A DNA stretch of 64,000 bases from Eledone cirrhosa (taxonomy: Eukaryota), in contig OZ024748.1 of assembly GCA_964016885.1 (NCBI GenBank), forward strand, positions 21,080,001 through 21,144,000, in the 5' to 3' direction. The notes under the pieces are model-generated. The model did not search any database. It was not told where the DNA came from and saw nothing but the letters and a program-made list of their open reading frames with translations. Positions 1 to 15,502 of the stretch are shown here, piece after piece. A program made the position numbers and the translations under genes. Within the stretch, counting starts at the first letter, position 1; each line of letters begins with the position of its first letter.

Positions 1-150
1 TACGTTCTGAGTTCAAATCCCGCCGAGATTAGTTTTGCCTTTTATGGGGTCGATAAAATAAAGTACCACTAAGAACTGGTGTCGATTTATTCGACTTTCC
101 CCTCCCCCCGCCCTCCCTTAAAAAAAAAATTGCTTGCCTTGTGCCTATAT
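1..150 (+). mobile_element. tRNA-derived SINE family A, 3' part (cut by window edge)
   Basis: B-box GAGTTCAAATCC, then GGGGTCGATAAAATAAAGTACCA and GCCTTGTGCC, as in the other family A copies. Confidence 0.85.
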
Positions 151-454
151 TATTATTTTGTTGTTGTTACTGGTGCTGCTGTTGTTGTTGTTATGTACTT
201 TAAATTAAAATGCATTAGGTGTAAGTCAACTGAGGAATATTTTCAACACGTGAAACAACATAACATGTAAACTTACAGCGACACGTATTGTTATTTTCTT
301 ATCTGGGTAATAAATCGGTTTTTATTTTTATATTGTCGATTACAATGTAGAGTATATATTTTCTATATACTTTACATATCTTTACTTCTAAAACACATTA
401 CATTATTTCTACATTTCTAATTAACTGGTCAGTTGTTGATTGTTTTGTTAAAAT

Positions 455-650
455 GTGTTCCATGATAGACCCTTTTCACACCAAAATTATCAACCCGACG
501 TTCTTTTAGGTACCATATGTAAGTGGATATGACCGTTGCATTCCTCATTTCTGGAAATAGATTTGTGATATAAGAAACAGCACGTGTCTGCTTAATTGAT
601 AAGAGTAAGACACACGGAGTTGTAAGTATGAGGATGATACAAGAAAACAA
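455..650 (-). pseudogene. possible decayed Penelope-like GIY-YIG endonuclease fragment
   Basis: Minus-strand peptide SIKQTR...NATVISTYIWYLKERRVDNF resembles the NxTxLSxYIWxLK block of Penelope GIY-YIG domains. Resemblance is from memory, and no intact GIY/YIG motif is seen. Confidence 0.35.
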
Positions 651-856
651 ATACGTGGTAATGAAGTAACTGTCTTGCTGTCAACGTAGTGGAGTAGTGC
701 GGGAAGGTGGATTGTACCAAGATCATATAGATTGCCACGTGATCGGGTAGGGTATGCATTACCAATGAAGTCCTAATGACACTTGAAGACATATTTTCTT
801 CTTGAATGTTGAACTACAGCCGTCATTCGCAATCCTGTATGAATTGGTATTAAATA

Positions 857-1232
857 TCTTCTTCTTCTTCTTCTTCTTCTTCTTCTTCTTCTTCTTCTTC
901 TTCTTCTTCTTCTTCTTCTTCTTCTTCTTCTTCACCATTATCATCATCATCATCATTATCATCATCATCATCATTATCATCATCATCATCTTTTTCTTCT
1001 GAGAGAGTCGTCGATGCAGAGTTCTAAAAAACGCCTTCCAGCGTGTCCTATCTGAATCAATTGATCCGGCTGGATCTCCAAACGAGACCAACCAAGCTCT
1101 TGGATGTTCTCCATCTTTCTCTCTCGTGGTCTGCCTCTGGGTCTCCTGTCAGTTATTTTTGCTCGTAAAATCTGCCCAGCGATTCTTTCCTGAGACATCC
1201 TAACGGTAGTATCGGAGATGTGATCTCCGTAT
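857..1232 (-). mobile_element. RTE-clade LINE 3' end, frameshifted, with (GAT)n/(GAA)n tail
   Basis: Minus-strand VRMSQERIAGQILRAKITDRRPRGRPRERKMENIQELGW and, in another frame, DRTRWKAF are typical of an RTE ORF C-terminus. A simple-repeat tail follows at 857-990. Confidence 0.8.
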
Positions 1233-1544
1233 TCGGATATCTCCATTAAACTCTGAAAACTGGCAATGGGCCTGCGACCTGCCATATGAGTTGTAGGATG
1301 GACACACATAAAGTTTGCGTGTCCTGAGACCTCAAAGAGGGTCCCGAAGGGAACAAATCCTTCCAATTGACAGCTGGAACGTTACAACGTTTGAATACAC
1401 ATATGCAGAGGAAATAAAACAAGATTGGTCGATTGGTAGTGCTGAGCAAACCCCTCTAGCTGCGACATATGTGATAGTAGGAGACACTGCAAATCAAATA
1501 ACACGTAGAAACTCCTTCACTCTCTCGCTGTTCATCTTCGATTT

Positions 1545-1753
1545 TGTTTCTCCCGAAATTGTACGGACTGGCGAAAATATAACATATCTGTTACAATCTC
1601 TATATAAAACTGACTGTCAACATAGAAAATAGTACATCTGTTCATATTCTTGTTATTGGTAGTCTTGTTTCTCTCGACATTAGTACTGACTGGCGAAAAT
1701 ATAACAACTTTTTCGATCTCTATATAAAACTGATGGTAAACAGAGAAAATAGT
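1545..1753. repeat. diverged tandem duplication, period ~121 bp
   Basis: TTGTTTCTC..GACTGGCGAAAATATAACA..ATCTCTATATAAAACTGA..AGAAAATAGT occurs twice. Confidence 0.75.
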
Positions 1754-2249
1754 GGAAATATGTTTTTATTCCATGTTAGTTATTTTGTTATATTTCACAT
1801 AAAACAGAATTTCTACGCGATTTCGAAACAGTGCGTCATGAGTATCAAAACAACTCTGATGAACAATTAAATATTACTAAGTAAAGTCTACATGTTAGTC
1901 ATCATATAACATGGCGGCCGTAATAAAATATATGAACAACCGAACAAAGAAATTTACTGAATAAAACAGTGAGACTGTGTAACAAATAAAACAACATCGA
2001 ATAGCAAAAATGTTCAGAAAAACTACAACGTAAGAAAATCAAATAAATTTCTGTGGATTAAATGTTTCAGAGTTCCTCCACATTGCAAGTGTGGAAACAA
2101 ATAGATGTATCTAAGTGAGAAAAATACAGGATCGTGTAATATGTGTGTATGGTGGTGGTGGTGGTGGTTGTGGCGGTGTATGTTGTGTATTGTGGTGGTG
2201 ATGACGTTATATATATATATATATACATATATATAGAGAGAGAGAGAGA

Positions 2250-2458
2250 GCGTGTGGCTGAGTGGTTAGAGAATTGGATTCGCAATCGTAGGGTTGTGAG
2301 TTCGATTCCTGGACCAGGCGATGCGTTATGTCCTTGAGAAAGACACTTTATTTCACGTTGCTCCTTCTACCTGGAGTTGCGACCGATAGATAGCATTAGC
2401 AATTGGAAAGACCAACGGAAACATTGTTCCCTCGGTCCGATTTGACGAAAGTCGATCG
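2250..2458 (+). mobile_element. tRNA-derived CORE-type SINE, family B
   Basis: A-box TGGCTGAGTGG, B-box GTTCGATTCC, CORE-like GTCCTTGAGAAAGACACTTT; homologous copies at 11775, 20182 and 30446. Confidence 0.85.
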
Positions 2459-2621
2459 TTCCTTTTTATATATATAGACAGGGGTAGAACACTGGAAGGT
2501 AATATCCGTAGTGGTAGAGCACTCAGTCCATGGGACGAGTTCAGTAGAAGTGGTTACACAACAGTTAGTTCACCATACCGAGAACAATTGTTTCACCTTA
2601 TGCGAATCTTCAGTCCGAGCT

Positions 2622-2985
2622 GTTTTTGTTGTTGTGGTGGTGGTAGTGGTGGTGGTGGTTGCTGTCGTTATTGTTGCTGTTGTTGCTGTTTTGGTGGTGG
2701 TTGCTGTCGTTATTGTTGTTGTTATTGTTGTTGTTGCTGTTGTTTTGGCGGTGGTTGCTGTCGTTATTGTTGTTGTTGCTGTTGTTGTTGTTGTGTGGTG
2801 GTGGTGGTGGTTGCTGTCGTTATTGCTGTTGATATTGTTGTTGTTGCTGTTGTTTTGGTGGTGGTTGCTGTCGTTATTGTTGTTGTTGCTGTTGTTCTTG
2901 TGGTGGTGGTGGTTGCTGTCGTTATTGTTGTTGTTTCTGTTGTTGTTGTTTTGGTGGTGGTTTCTGTCGTTATTGTTGTTGTTGC

Positions 2986-3018
<33 letters not shown>

Positions 3019-3550
3019 GGTGGTGGTTTCTGTCGTTATTGTTGTTGTTGCTGTTGTTGTTGTGGTAATGGTTGCTGTCGTTATTGTTGTTGTTGCTGTT
3101 GTTGTGGTTGTGGTTGCTGTCGTTATTGTTGTTGTTGCTGTTGTTGTTGTTGTTGTTGTTGTGGTTGTTGTTGTTGTTACTGTTGCTGTTGTTGTTGTTG
3201 TTGTGGTTGTTGTTGTTGTTACTGTTGCTGTTGTTGTTGTTGTTGTGGTGGTGGTTGCTGTCGTTATTGTTGTTGTTGCTGTTGTTGTTGTTGTTGTTTT
3301 GGTGTTGGTTGCTGTCGTTTTTGTTATTGTTGCTGTTGTTGTTGTTGTTGTGGTTGTTGTTGTTGTTACTGTTGCTGTTGTTGTTGTGGTGGTGGTGGTG
3401 GTTGCTGTCGTTATTGTTGTTGTTGGTGTTGCTGTTGTTATTGTTGTTGTTGTTGTTACTGTTCCTTTTGATGTTGTCATTGTTGATATTGCTACTGTTC
3501 CTGTCATTGATGTTCTTCTATGTTGTTGTTGTTGTTGTTGTTGTTGTTAT
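2622..3550. repeat. (GTT/GGT/GCT)n degenerate trinucleotide microsatellite
   Basis: direct inspection. Confidence 0.95.
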
Positions 3551-3649
3551 AATCTCTTTTTTTATTATTCAGTGTTGTAATACTTCAACATTATTATTTA
3601 TTATTGTTGTTTTATATTAACATTATCATCATTATTGTTGTATATTTAT

Positions 3650-5610
<1,961 letters not shown>

Positions 5611-5945
5611 GATGCGTGGACAAACGGTTAAGTTGAACTTGCGATGACGCGGACGTCTGTTCGTCTCTTCGACTGTATGCTGTGTTTTTTTCACAACGAA
5701 GCTTCATATTAATTTACATTTCCATAATAGAACTTGCGCTCTTGTCATTAAGACACCCCTCAAAAAAATAATACTTCCTTTGATAGGAAACCCTGTAGAG
5801 GGCCATCTATTGCTCAATAGTTTTTTTTTAATTCATTTTATCATGTATTTACCTATGTTCACCTAATGTTTTACATGTATTGTCATCTATACATCACCCA
5901 CTCCTATTTATTACATATATATATAAATCACCCATTCCCGTTTAT

Positions 5946-5992
<47 letters not shown>

Positions 5993-6077
5993 CTCACACC
6001 CGTTTATTACATATATATTCATCACCCACTCTCATTTGTTACACACGCACACATATGTCTCTCTCTATCTCTCTATC

Positions 6078-6157
<80 letters not shown>

Positions 6158-6345
6158 CATTCATATATATATATTTATATATATAACAGCAAAAGCTCAG
6201 CCGTTGGTCCTCGACTCATTATAAGATAATCATACGCTACTACCCCAAATATCATGTACTTTTTTCAAACTGAATCCAACCCGATATATATATATATATA
6301 TATATATATGTTTGTATGGATATAGACATACACATATACACACAT

Positions 6346-6402
<57 letters not shown>

Positions 6403-6653
6403 CAATCTCTTATGTTTCTAAACCTTTTGTACATGTTTTTGCAATGTATTTACGATAGATCTTTGTGGCTAATAAAGGAACCAAAGCATTATTATAATGC
6501 CATTGATGTAATCATCATCATCATCATCATCGTCATCGTCATCATCATCATCATCGTCATCGTCGTTGTTCTCGTCATCGTTGTCACCATCGAAACTATC
6601 GTTGTTGTTGCTATTTCTGGCATCGTTATTATCATCATTATTTGTATCGCCAA

Positions 6654-7040
6654 GGGCGGTGGATTGGCAGTATCGGTAGAGGGTCGGACGCCATGCTTTC
6701 CAGCGTAGTTACGTCCCTTTACGATCTGAGTTCAAATCCCGCCGAGGTTGACTTTGCCTTTCATCCTTACGGGGGTCGATAAAATAAAATACCAGTAATG
6801 AACTGGGTATTTGCTGGCCTTGTGCCTAAAGTAGAAACAATTATTTGTATTGCCAAGGATTGTCAGTATCGGTAGAGGGTCGGACGCCATGCTTTGCAGC
6901 ATAGAGTTACGGCCATTTATGGTCTGAGTTCAAATCCCGCCACTGTTAACTTTGCCTTTCATCCTTACGGGAGTCGATAAAATAAAGTACCAGTAATGCA
7001 CTGGGATAATTGCTGGCCTTGTGCCAAAAGTAGAAACAAT
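6654..7040 (+). mobile_element. two head-to-tail SINE A copies (6654-6841, 6857-7040)
   Basis: A-box TGGCAGTATCGG, B-box GAGTTCAAATCC, central GCCTTTCATCCTTACGGGGTCGATAAAATAAAGTACCAG (Meta-domain-like, from memory), 3' end AGAAACAATT. Confidence 0.9.
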
Positions 7041-7097
7041 TATTACCTTATTACCATTGTTTCAATTAGTGCTATCATTATTACGATATTACAAGTT

Positions 7098-7155
<58 letters not shown>

Positions 7156-7544
7156 GAGCAGCAGCAGCAGCAGCAGCAGTAGCCGCAGAAGCAGCAGAAG
7201 CAAGCAGCGGCAATAATAACAGTGTTAATATTTTTAACATTACTATATATATATATTTTGGTGTATTTTTTGTGAGTATGTGTATCAGGAATTTAGCTTT
7301 GAAGTCCTGATGGTTCCTATAGAATATTTCCTCTTTTATTCCATGGATTCTTCTCCAGCAGCAGAAATGGTTAATGGACCAATATAGCCTCGTTCTCCAC
7401 TAGGAAATGGTAAATTCTTTCACTCTTCCATATCTTCATTTCTACTTAATACATTTATATATGGGCTGAATATATGTGACTTACCTATGTATGTCTATCT
7501 ATGTATTTTTATATATATATGTATGTGTGTGTGTGTGTGTGTGT

Positions 7545-7591
<47 letters not shown>

Positions 7592-7631
7592 TAGATAGAT
7601 AGATATGTATATATATGTATATATACATACG

Positions 7632-7693
<62 letters not shown>

Positions 7694-7864
7694 CGTTTAT
7701 ATATATATATATATTTACATATATACATGTATATATATATATATGTATATGTGTGTGTGTATATATATATATATATAGCTCTCTCGTTATGCATGAATCT
7801 TTGTATGTATGTATATATATATATATATATATATATACGCATGTGTGTGTTGCTGTCTATAAAC

Positions 7865-7938
<74 letters not shown>

Positions 7939-8011
7939 CATACATATATATGTGTGTGTGTGTATGCCGGTGGGTATGTGTATGTGCGTATGTGTGTGTG
8001 CGTATGCTGGT

Positions 8012-8215
8012 AAAAGAGAAAAAATTTGAGCTCATCCAGTTTGGAAAACAGGATGTACTTAAACAGCCATATTGCCTTCTCTCAGAAAGATAAAATGGTT
8101 GTTTGGGTATATCTTATATGGCGTCAAATGATGCCAGAATCTGTGGGAAACAACTTTCGCTGGAGCCACTACATCAACAATAAAGTGGACATGGCCAATA
8201 GGATGTGACCCTGGG
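8012..8215 (+). mobile_element. CR1/L2-type LINE reverse transcriptase C-terminal relic
   Basis: [11 protein letters not shown] ... WSHYINNKVDMANRM across a stop and frameshifts matches the post-RT block of CR1-group LINEs. Confidence 0.6.
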
Positions 8216-8344
8216 TCCCAAAAACTTTCTAGTTTACAGATATAGTTGTCATTTGGGATGCGCCTCAGTCGGTTTCGATGATGAGTATTCCAGTTGATCG
8301 ATCTCAACGTAACAAACATCTCATGGATTTATCGTGTAAGTGAC

Positions 8345-8578
8345 AGATAATTTCACAGACACGAGTACCCGTAACGTAATTCTCTGGGAAAATCAGTGTG
8401 ACACGTCGTATGGTAAGGCTGGTCTTTTAAATTTCGAGTACAACTCATTTCCCCCAGCTGTGTCGACTGGAGCAACGTGAAATATAGTGTCTAGCTCATG
8501 GACACAATGTGAAGCTGAGAATGTAATATATGATCTTACGATCGTAAACTGAACACCCTGCCCACTAAGCCAGGCCCC
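8345..8578 (-). mobile_element. diverged CORE-type tRNA SINE with a different 3' tail
   Basis: GGAGCAACGTGAAATATAGTGTCTAGCTCATGGACACAA is the reverse complement of the CORE region; the same tail recurs at 11507-11620. Confidence 0.7.
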
Positions 8579-8851
8579 GTCTCTACCCATGCTCAGTCCT
8601 ACCTTGAATAGTACTGCACCTAATGGGTTACCCTTACCGAACATAACATTATGAGAACTGAATTGCAGCATAGATTAATTACAAAATAATAATAAACGTT
8701 TATTGTTATAATTTGGGAGGGTCATGTTGCCAATAAAAACACACGCACCAGTGAACTTTACTACAGGGCATTTTTAGTTAAGTAACTCATCTATTAATAG
8801 GTTAGTTAGTTTACTACCCGGGGTTTTTTTTAATTGTTATATTTCTATTTA

Positions 8852-9019
8852 CCGTATTTCCCGGTGCCGAAGACGTTTCGTCCTCGAGGACGCACCCTAA
8901 TTTTAACAACCAAAAATTTGAAAAGAAATAATAAACAACCTTCGGCCTCCAGAACGCATGGTAGATTTTTCAGACTTATTTTAGGAAAAAAGTAGCGTCT
9001 TCGACACCGGGAAATACGA
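8852..9019. mobile_element. Tc1/mariner-superfamily (pogo/Tigger-like) MITE
   Basis: ~24-bp TIRs CCGTATTTCCCGGTGCCGAAGACG / CGTCTTCGACACCGGGAAATACGA, with TA on both sides. Confidence 0.85.
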
Positions 9020-9219
9020 TAATTATCAAAACTCTATTGTCACATCCTATGACCTCCTCAATGCTTATTCTTACTCCTCTGTGTCTCCTCATTATTCTGG
9101 TCTCATTTCATTTTTATTCTGATCCGTTTGGCTTACAAGGCGTTTTGAGGAATTTGAAATTTGAATATGTAGTAGTCCCAACGTAAATAACAATAAAGAA
9201 AGTCGATCACTTTAAATAA

Positions 9220-9464
9220 TTGTATCTACTTTTTTGCACAAGACTAGCTGATTATTTCTAATTATAGCACATGGCGAGCAATTTGAAGTGGAGGGGGAGA
9301 GTCGATTAAATCGACCCTAGTACGTGGCTGGTACTTTATTTTATCGACCCCTGAAGGGAAAAAAGGCAAAGTTTAGTTAGTCGTGATTCGAACTCAGTAA
9401 ATAAAGAACCAAAACAAGTTTCACATCATCTGTGTCCGACACTCTACCGATTCTGCCAATCCAC
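9220..9464 (-). mobile_element. diverged SINE A copy (extra head fragment at 9550-9601)
   Basis: CTGGTACTTTATTTTATCGACCCC ... CTCTACCGATTCTGCCAATCCAC. Confidence 0.8.
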
Positions 9465-9780
9465 AGTCCTGCTATCATTGTAAATAATAGGCAGAAAATT
9501 GAATAAAATACTCCTGAAAGCGGAAAAAAATTAAGAAAAGTGCCTGCCAGGAAACGAACTCCGATCCCGACGCTCTACAAATTCTGCCAATCCACCGCCC
9601 TTCTTCTGCAATAAATATTAGAGGTTATTGTAACTGTTTCATGTTGTCTGGTATAATTGGATATTCTACAGAAAGATCTTTAGATTTTCTCCAGGAATTA
9701 CACCTGTTAATCTAGTTCCAATAAAGAAATCGTGTTTCAATAAAATTTATGATAATTCTATTTCGGGTTCAGACAATGTC

Positions 9781-9829
<49 letters not shown>

Positions 9830-9976
9830 CTATCTCTCTATCTATCTATCTATCTATCTATCTCTATCTCTCTCTCTCCTCCCCACTCTCTCTCTCTCTT
9901 TCTCTCTCTCACATATTCATACACACACACACACACTATCTCTCTCCATCTATCTTTCTCTTTCTCTCACTTTCCC

Positions 9977-10014
<38 letters not shown>

Positions 10015-10269
10015 ACACACTATCTCTCTCTCAACTCTTTCTCTCACACACACACTACCTCTCTCTCTCTCTCACACACACACCATCTCTCTCTCACTTT
10101 CTCACACCCCCCCCCCCCTCTCTCTCCTACACTGTCCCAATAGTCTAAGCTGTCACTAACAATTAGTTTTTACAAAGCTGTAATAAAGTAATTATAGATC
10201 TGTCGTAATTATAATCATTTGTTTAACCCTATTAGTTTGCATTCATGGTTATATTCTACCAATGTGTTG

Positions 10270-10800
10270 GAGGTAGTAGAAGTAGTGGTAGTGATAGCGG
10301 TGGTGGTAGTGGTGGGGGGAGGATTAGCGGTGGTGGTGGTGGTGGTGGTGGTGGTGGTGGTGGTGGTGGTGGTGGTGGTGGTGGTGGTGGTAGTGGGGGG
10401 TCGCGGTGGTGGTGATATTAGTGAGGGGTAGCGGTGGTGGCGGCGGTGGTAGTAGTGGTAGAGGTGGTGGTGGTGGTGCTGGTGCTGGTGAAGGCGGTGG
10501 TAGTGGTGGTAGTGTGGTGGTGGTGGTGGTAGTGGTGGTGGCGGCGGTGGTAGTGATGGTGGTGGTGGTGGTGGTAGTGTGGTGGTGATGGTGATAGTGG
10601 TGGGAGTGGTGGTAGTGTGGTAGTGGTGGTAGTAGTAGTAGTGGTAGTGGTGGTAGTGTGGTAGTCGTGGTGGTGGTGGTGGCAGTAATGGTTTTGGTAG
10701 TGATGGAGATAATAGAGGTAGTGATTGTGGTGGTGGTGGTGGTGGTAGCAGAGGTTTTGGTAGCGGTAGTAGGGATAGTGGTAATGATAGTGGTAGTGGC
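10270..10800. repeat. (GGT/AGT)n microsatellite
   Basis: direct inspection. Confidence 0.95.
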
Positions 10801-10820
10801 GTTACATTTATCTGTCTATC

Positions 10821-10865
<45 letters not shown>

Positions 10866-10956
10866 GTATCTATATATCTGTCTATCTATCTATCCATTTA
10901 TATATATATATATATATATATAAATGTATGTATGTATATATATATTTATATATATG

Positions 10957-11115
<159 letters not shown>

Positions 11116-11209
11116 CATTATGACAATATAATTGCAAATGGTACCTGAAATCTTGAAATCTGATTCAATTAAACATATTCGTAGTAATTTCTTTTCTCAG
11201 CTCTCTCTC

Positions 11210-11290
<81 letters not shown>

Positions 11291-11774
11291 TACACTCTGT
11301 CTCTCCCTCAATCTCTTTCTCGCTTTCTCTCTCTCTCTTTCTCTCTCACTTTTCTCTCTCTTCCTCTCTCTCTCTCCCCTCTTCTCTCTATATATATATA
11401 TATCTTTCTCATTCTCCCTTTTTTTATTTTACAAGCAAGAACAAATAGAGCTGCGCCGTTTTCTGCGATGATAGTACCAATTGTTCGATGAACGGAATTA
11501 CCTGTTCATGAAACTAACGTGCAAGGGACTGTGCTTTCCATATACCCTTAATGTAGCTCTCAGGGAGATTCAGCTTGATTCCGTGTGTGACAAGGTAAGT
11601 CCTTAGAATTACAGGTACTGTTAGTCAATACATGGACAACGATTGCGAAACGAACTTTCTTAACCTTTTGGCTCTATTGGCTTTCTGAGTCATTCTCTGT
11701 TGTTGTTGGGTGACAAAGTAATCCAGGCTTTTGTGGGGATTTTTTCTGGAATTATTCTAAAGTGCAGTGAAGAC

Positions 11775-11968
11775 TTAGTGGTAAGAGAGTTGGATTTGCA
11801 ATCGTGAGGTTGCGAGTTCAATTCTCGGACCGGGTGATGTTTTGTGTCCTTGAGCAAGACACTCCATTTCACCTTGCTCCTTCTGCCAGGAGTTGCGACC
11901 GGTAGATAGTATCAGCAATGGAAAAACCATTGGAAAGGAAACATTGTTTCCTTGGTACGATTTGACGA
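11775..11968 (+). mobile_element. SINE B copy, diverged
   Basis: colinear with 2250-2458. Confidence 0.8.
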
Positions 11969-12233
11969 GGTTCACCCCACTCGGCAAGCGAATGAGGTCT
12001 GCGACCTTGTCGATCGATCAGAGCGAGCAGTGATCCCTCCTCCCCCTCACTCTACACCCCACCCCACGCCCGGTGTGGGAGACGGGCCATTCTTGCCGTT
12101 CGTTAACATGTTCTTTTGTTATCAGGAATTTTGTTTTAATTTCTATTTTCTTTACTCGATGTAGACTCCAGTCTGCGTTACTTTACACTTCTATTGGCCC
12201 CAATCAATGTGGTGGGCCCTTGGGGGTCAAAGA

Positions 12234-12293
12234 AATCATCATCATCATCATCAACATAATCATCCTCATTATCATCATCATCGTCGTCATTAC

Positions 12294-12327
<34 letters not shown>

Positions 12328-12455
12328 GACATTATCGTCATTATCGTCATCGTCATTAACATCACCATCACCATTATCAACAACATCATCGTCATCGTCA
12401 TCATCACCATCATCATCATCGACCTCCTCCTCCTCCTCATCATCATCATCATCAT

Positions 12456-12487
<32 letters not shown>

Positions 12488-12585
12488 TCACTATCATCAT
12501 CATCATCATCACCACCATCACCATCATCATCATCATCATCATCATCATCACCACCATCATCATCATCCTCATCATCATCATCACT

Positions 12586-12616
<31 letters not shown>

Positions 12617-12675
12617 CCACCGGCATCACCATCGTCATCATCATCGTCATCATCATCATCATCATCATCATCATA
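12234..12675. repeat. (ATC)n microsatellite
   Basis: direct inspection. Confidence 0.95.
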
Positions 12676-13674
12676 TTAAGAAATGACATATTTCTAATTG
12701 CATGTTTACTGTTAAATTACTGTTTACAAATAAAACATCCCGTACATCCCTCGTGTGTGTGTGTGTCTGTGTATGTCTGTGTGTCTATATATGTGTGTGT
12801 ATGTGCCCTTGTATGTGTAAGAGATAGACAGACAGACAGACTGACTGACAGACAGACAGACAGACTGACTGACTGACAGGGGGTCAGACGGAGATACTCA
12901 TTGTGTCAGAATAGATTCTCCTTTCATTCATACAAAACGCTGACATACTACGATTTTCTCTCTCTCTCTCAACCTCTCTCCCTTTTTCTCTATCACTCTC
13001 TCTCATCTCCCCCCTCCCCTCTCTCTATCTCTCCCTCTCTCTCTCTCACTCTCTCTAACTCAGAAAAGGTCGCTTCATCTAGGACGAATAACCAATAAGC
13101 ATTCATTTCAACAAAGCTGCGTGAACGAGATACTTGTCTAAGATTTACATGTTGAATAATGGGCGAAGAGGACTTTTACTTAACATGTGAAAAGAATTCT
13201 TGAGTACGTCCGGAAGTTAACTTCAATGTATTAGGCAAGAACAAAATAAAAGAAAATGGACGGTGCTGAGTTTCTACGAATATTGATATTTATTACTGCA
13301 ATTGGTATTCTCGATGAGTCGCCTTTTCACTGGACCTTAGAAATGTATTCGATTTAGTCTATAGAATTCAAACAAACCAAAATGGCGTCATAGATGTGAA
13401 TAGACTCTTTAAATGGCGGTGAATGCAATGTAAAGGGAGGTACAACTGTAACAAGAGTATTATATTTTTAAAATAGATTGAAATGTTTCCGATAGAAACT
13501 TTCTTTTTTTCCTATCATCGAAGTTAGTTGTGAATAATAGAGTCAATAAAAACGAATAAACGCGAACGATAAGCGTTGAATCCATGAAATGACTTTTCAA
13601 GCTACAGTGAAAACCATAATTCTTCGGCCTTTCAATGGTAAATCTATGGTAAATCTATGGCTTCTGTCTAGCTT

Positions 13675-14150
13675 AGAAAATATGAGTCTGGCCTGAAGCA
13701 ATGAACGAGAACCTGACGATGAAACTGCTACGTGGTCGCATGACATGCTAGAAATAACAGTGAAATTAGAAATAATAGAGAAAATATGAGTCTGGCCCAA
13801 AGCAGCGAACGAGAACCTGGCGATTAAACTGCTACATGGTTGCATGACATGCTAGAAATAACAGTGACATTTTCTCAGAAAATATGAGTCCGGCCCAAAA
13901 CAACAAACGAGAACCTGGCGATTAAACTGCTACGTGGTCGCATGACATGTTAGAAATAACAGAGAAAATATGAGTCTGGCCCAAAGCAGCGAACGAGAAC
14001 CTGGCGATTAAACTGCTACATGGTTGCATGACATGCTAGAAATAACAGTGACATTTTCTCAGAAAATATGAGTCCGGCCCAAAACAACAAACGAGAACCT
14101 GGTGATGTAACAACTGCGTGGTCGCATGACATGCTAGAAATAACAGTGAA
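13675..14150. repeat. five-unit minisatellite (~86-104 bp units) with a 184-bp dimer repeat
   Basis: AGAAAATATGAGTC starts at ~13675, 13779, 13877, 13963 and 14061. Confidence 0.9.
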
Positions 14151-15398
14151 ATTTCCATTAAATTACAAGCTACTGTTATTTAGAAAAACGAGATGATTCC
14201 GACCTAGATGCAAACATTGCGGCTTGGTAAAAGCAGAGATATACTTGTCCAAATCAGTTTTGATCAGAGTTGTACTCAAGCAGAGATGACCTCGGGTAGA
14301 CCGACAACAACAACAACAACAACGGCAAAGTTCAATATGTTTACCATTATATTTGAAAACAATTTTAATACTCGTTAACATTTTTTATAATAGATTTTAC
14401 TGAGCCGTAACCCTTAGTCTTTTATTTAATGAACCGTGGCTCGAAAAGAGTTTTATGTATAAGTATATTGAGGGTGATTGTGGCCTGACGAACTGCGTCA
14501 TCTTAGAGCCAGTATAGTTAGTTAGTTTTAATTTTAATTTTAATTTTATTATTGAGTGGGATTGTGTGAGAAAAGTTTCATATATATTTTAACATTGATG
14601 TGTGGCCTAAGATCCCCGTTGTATGTTCTCTGGCGCGAAGGTGTTTTTCTGTTGATAGGATTAGTTGAGGTAGGGAGGTTGGAAGATTATAGCTATGGTT
14701 AAGTATACAACAGAGTATATGATGTTGCATTGTCTGGTTGCCGCAATTCAACAGAAACTGAATATTGTGGACGGCGTGAATGTAATTCAGTAGATTGAAG
14801 GTATGTGAATCTTCAGTGAATAAATTGTACTTGTAATTCAAAGGGTTAAATTTGTTTATCATATTGTATTACACCAATGCAAGAAGAAATTATGTGAAAC
14901 ATAGAATTTGCTGTGGAATACTCAGCCACTTACGCTATTATTCAATGGCCAGGCATTTCCGTTGATAGAACAACTTGAGAACTCATCGCTAGAATCGACG
15001 AATATCCATCTATTCCATTTAATTTGTACGTCTATATACATATATACATATATTCATATATTTATATATACATATATACATATATTCTTATATACATATA
15101 TACATATATACATATATTCATATGTGCATATATACATATATACGTATATTTATATATACATATATACATATATTCGTATATACATATACACATATATTTA
15201 TATAAACATATATACATATATTCGTATATACATATATTCATATATACATATATATACATATATACATATATTTATATCCATGCCTGTATACATTTATATA
15301 TATTAAAAAAACGTACATGCCATGCATACATAGCATACATACATACATAACACATACATACATGTATACATACATACATACATACATACATACATACA

Positions 15399-15432
<34 letters not shown>

Positions 15433-15502
15433 CATACATACATACATACATACATACATACATACATACATACATACATACATACATAACACATACATAC
15501 AT

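Noticed and set aside
1820-1870. permuted hammerhead (GAAAC...GTC...CTGATGA)
   Set aside because: Stems I and II do not pair in register, so it is probably chance.
2250-2320. tRNA gene
   Set aside because: A and B boxes run into a SINE body, with no full cloverleaf and multiple diverged copies.
13675-14150. CRISPR-like periodicity
   Set aside because: The whole unit repeats, with no unique spacers and no cas genes, in a eukaryotic context.
14578-14862. 94-aa minus-strand ORF
   Set aside because: No recognisable motif; it may be an old TE relic, but this cannot be supported.
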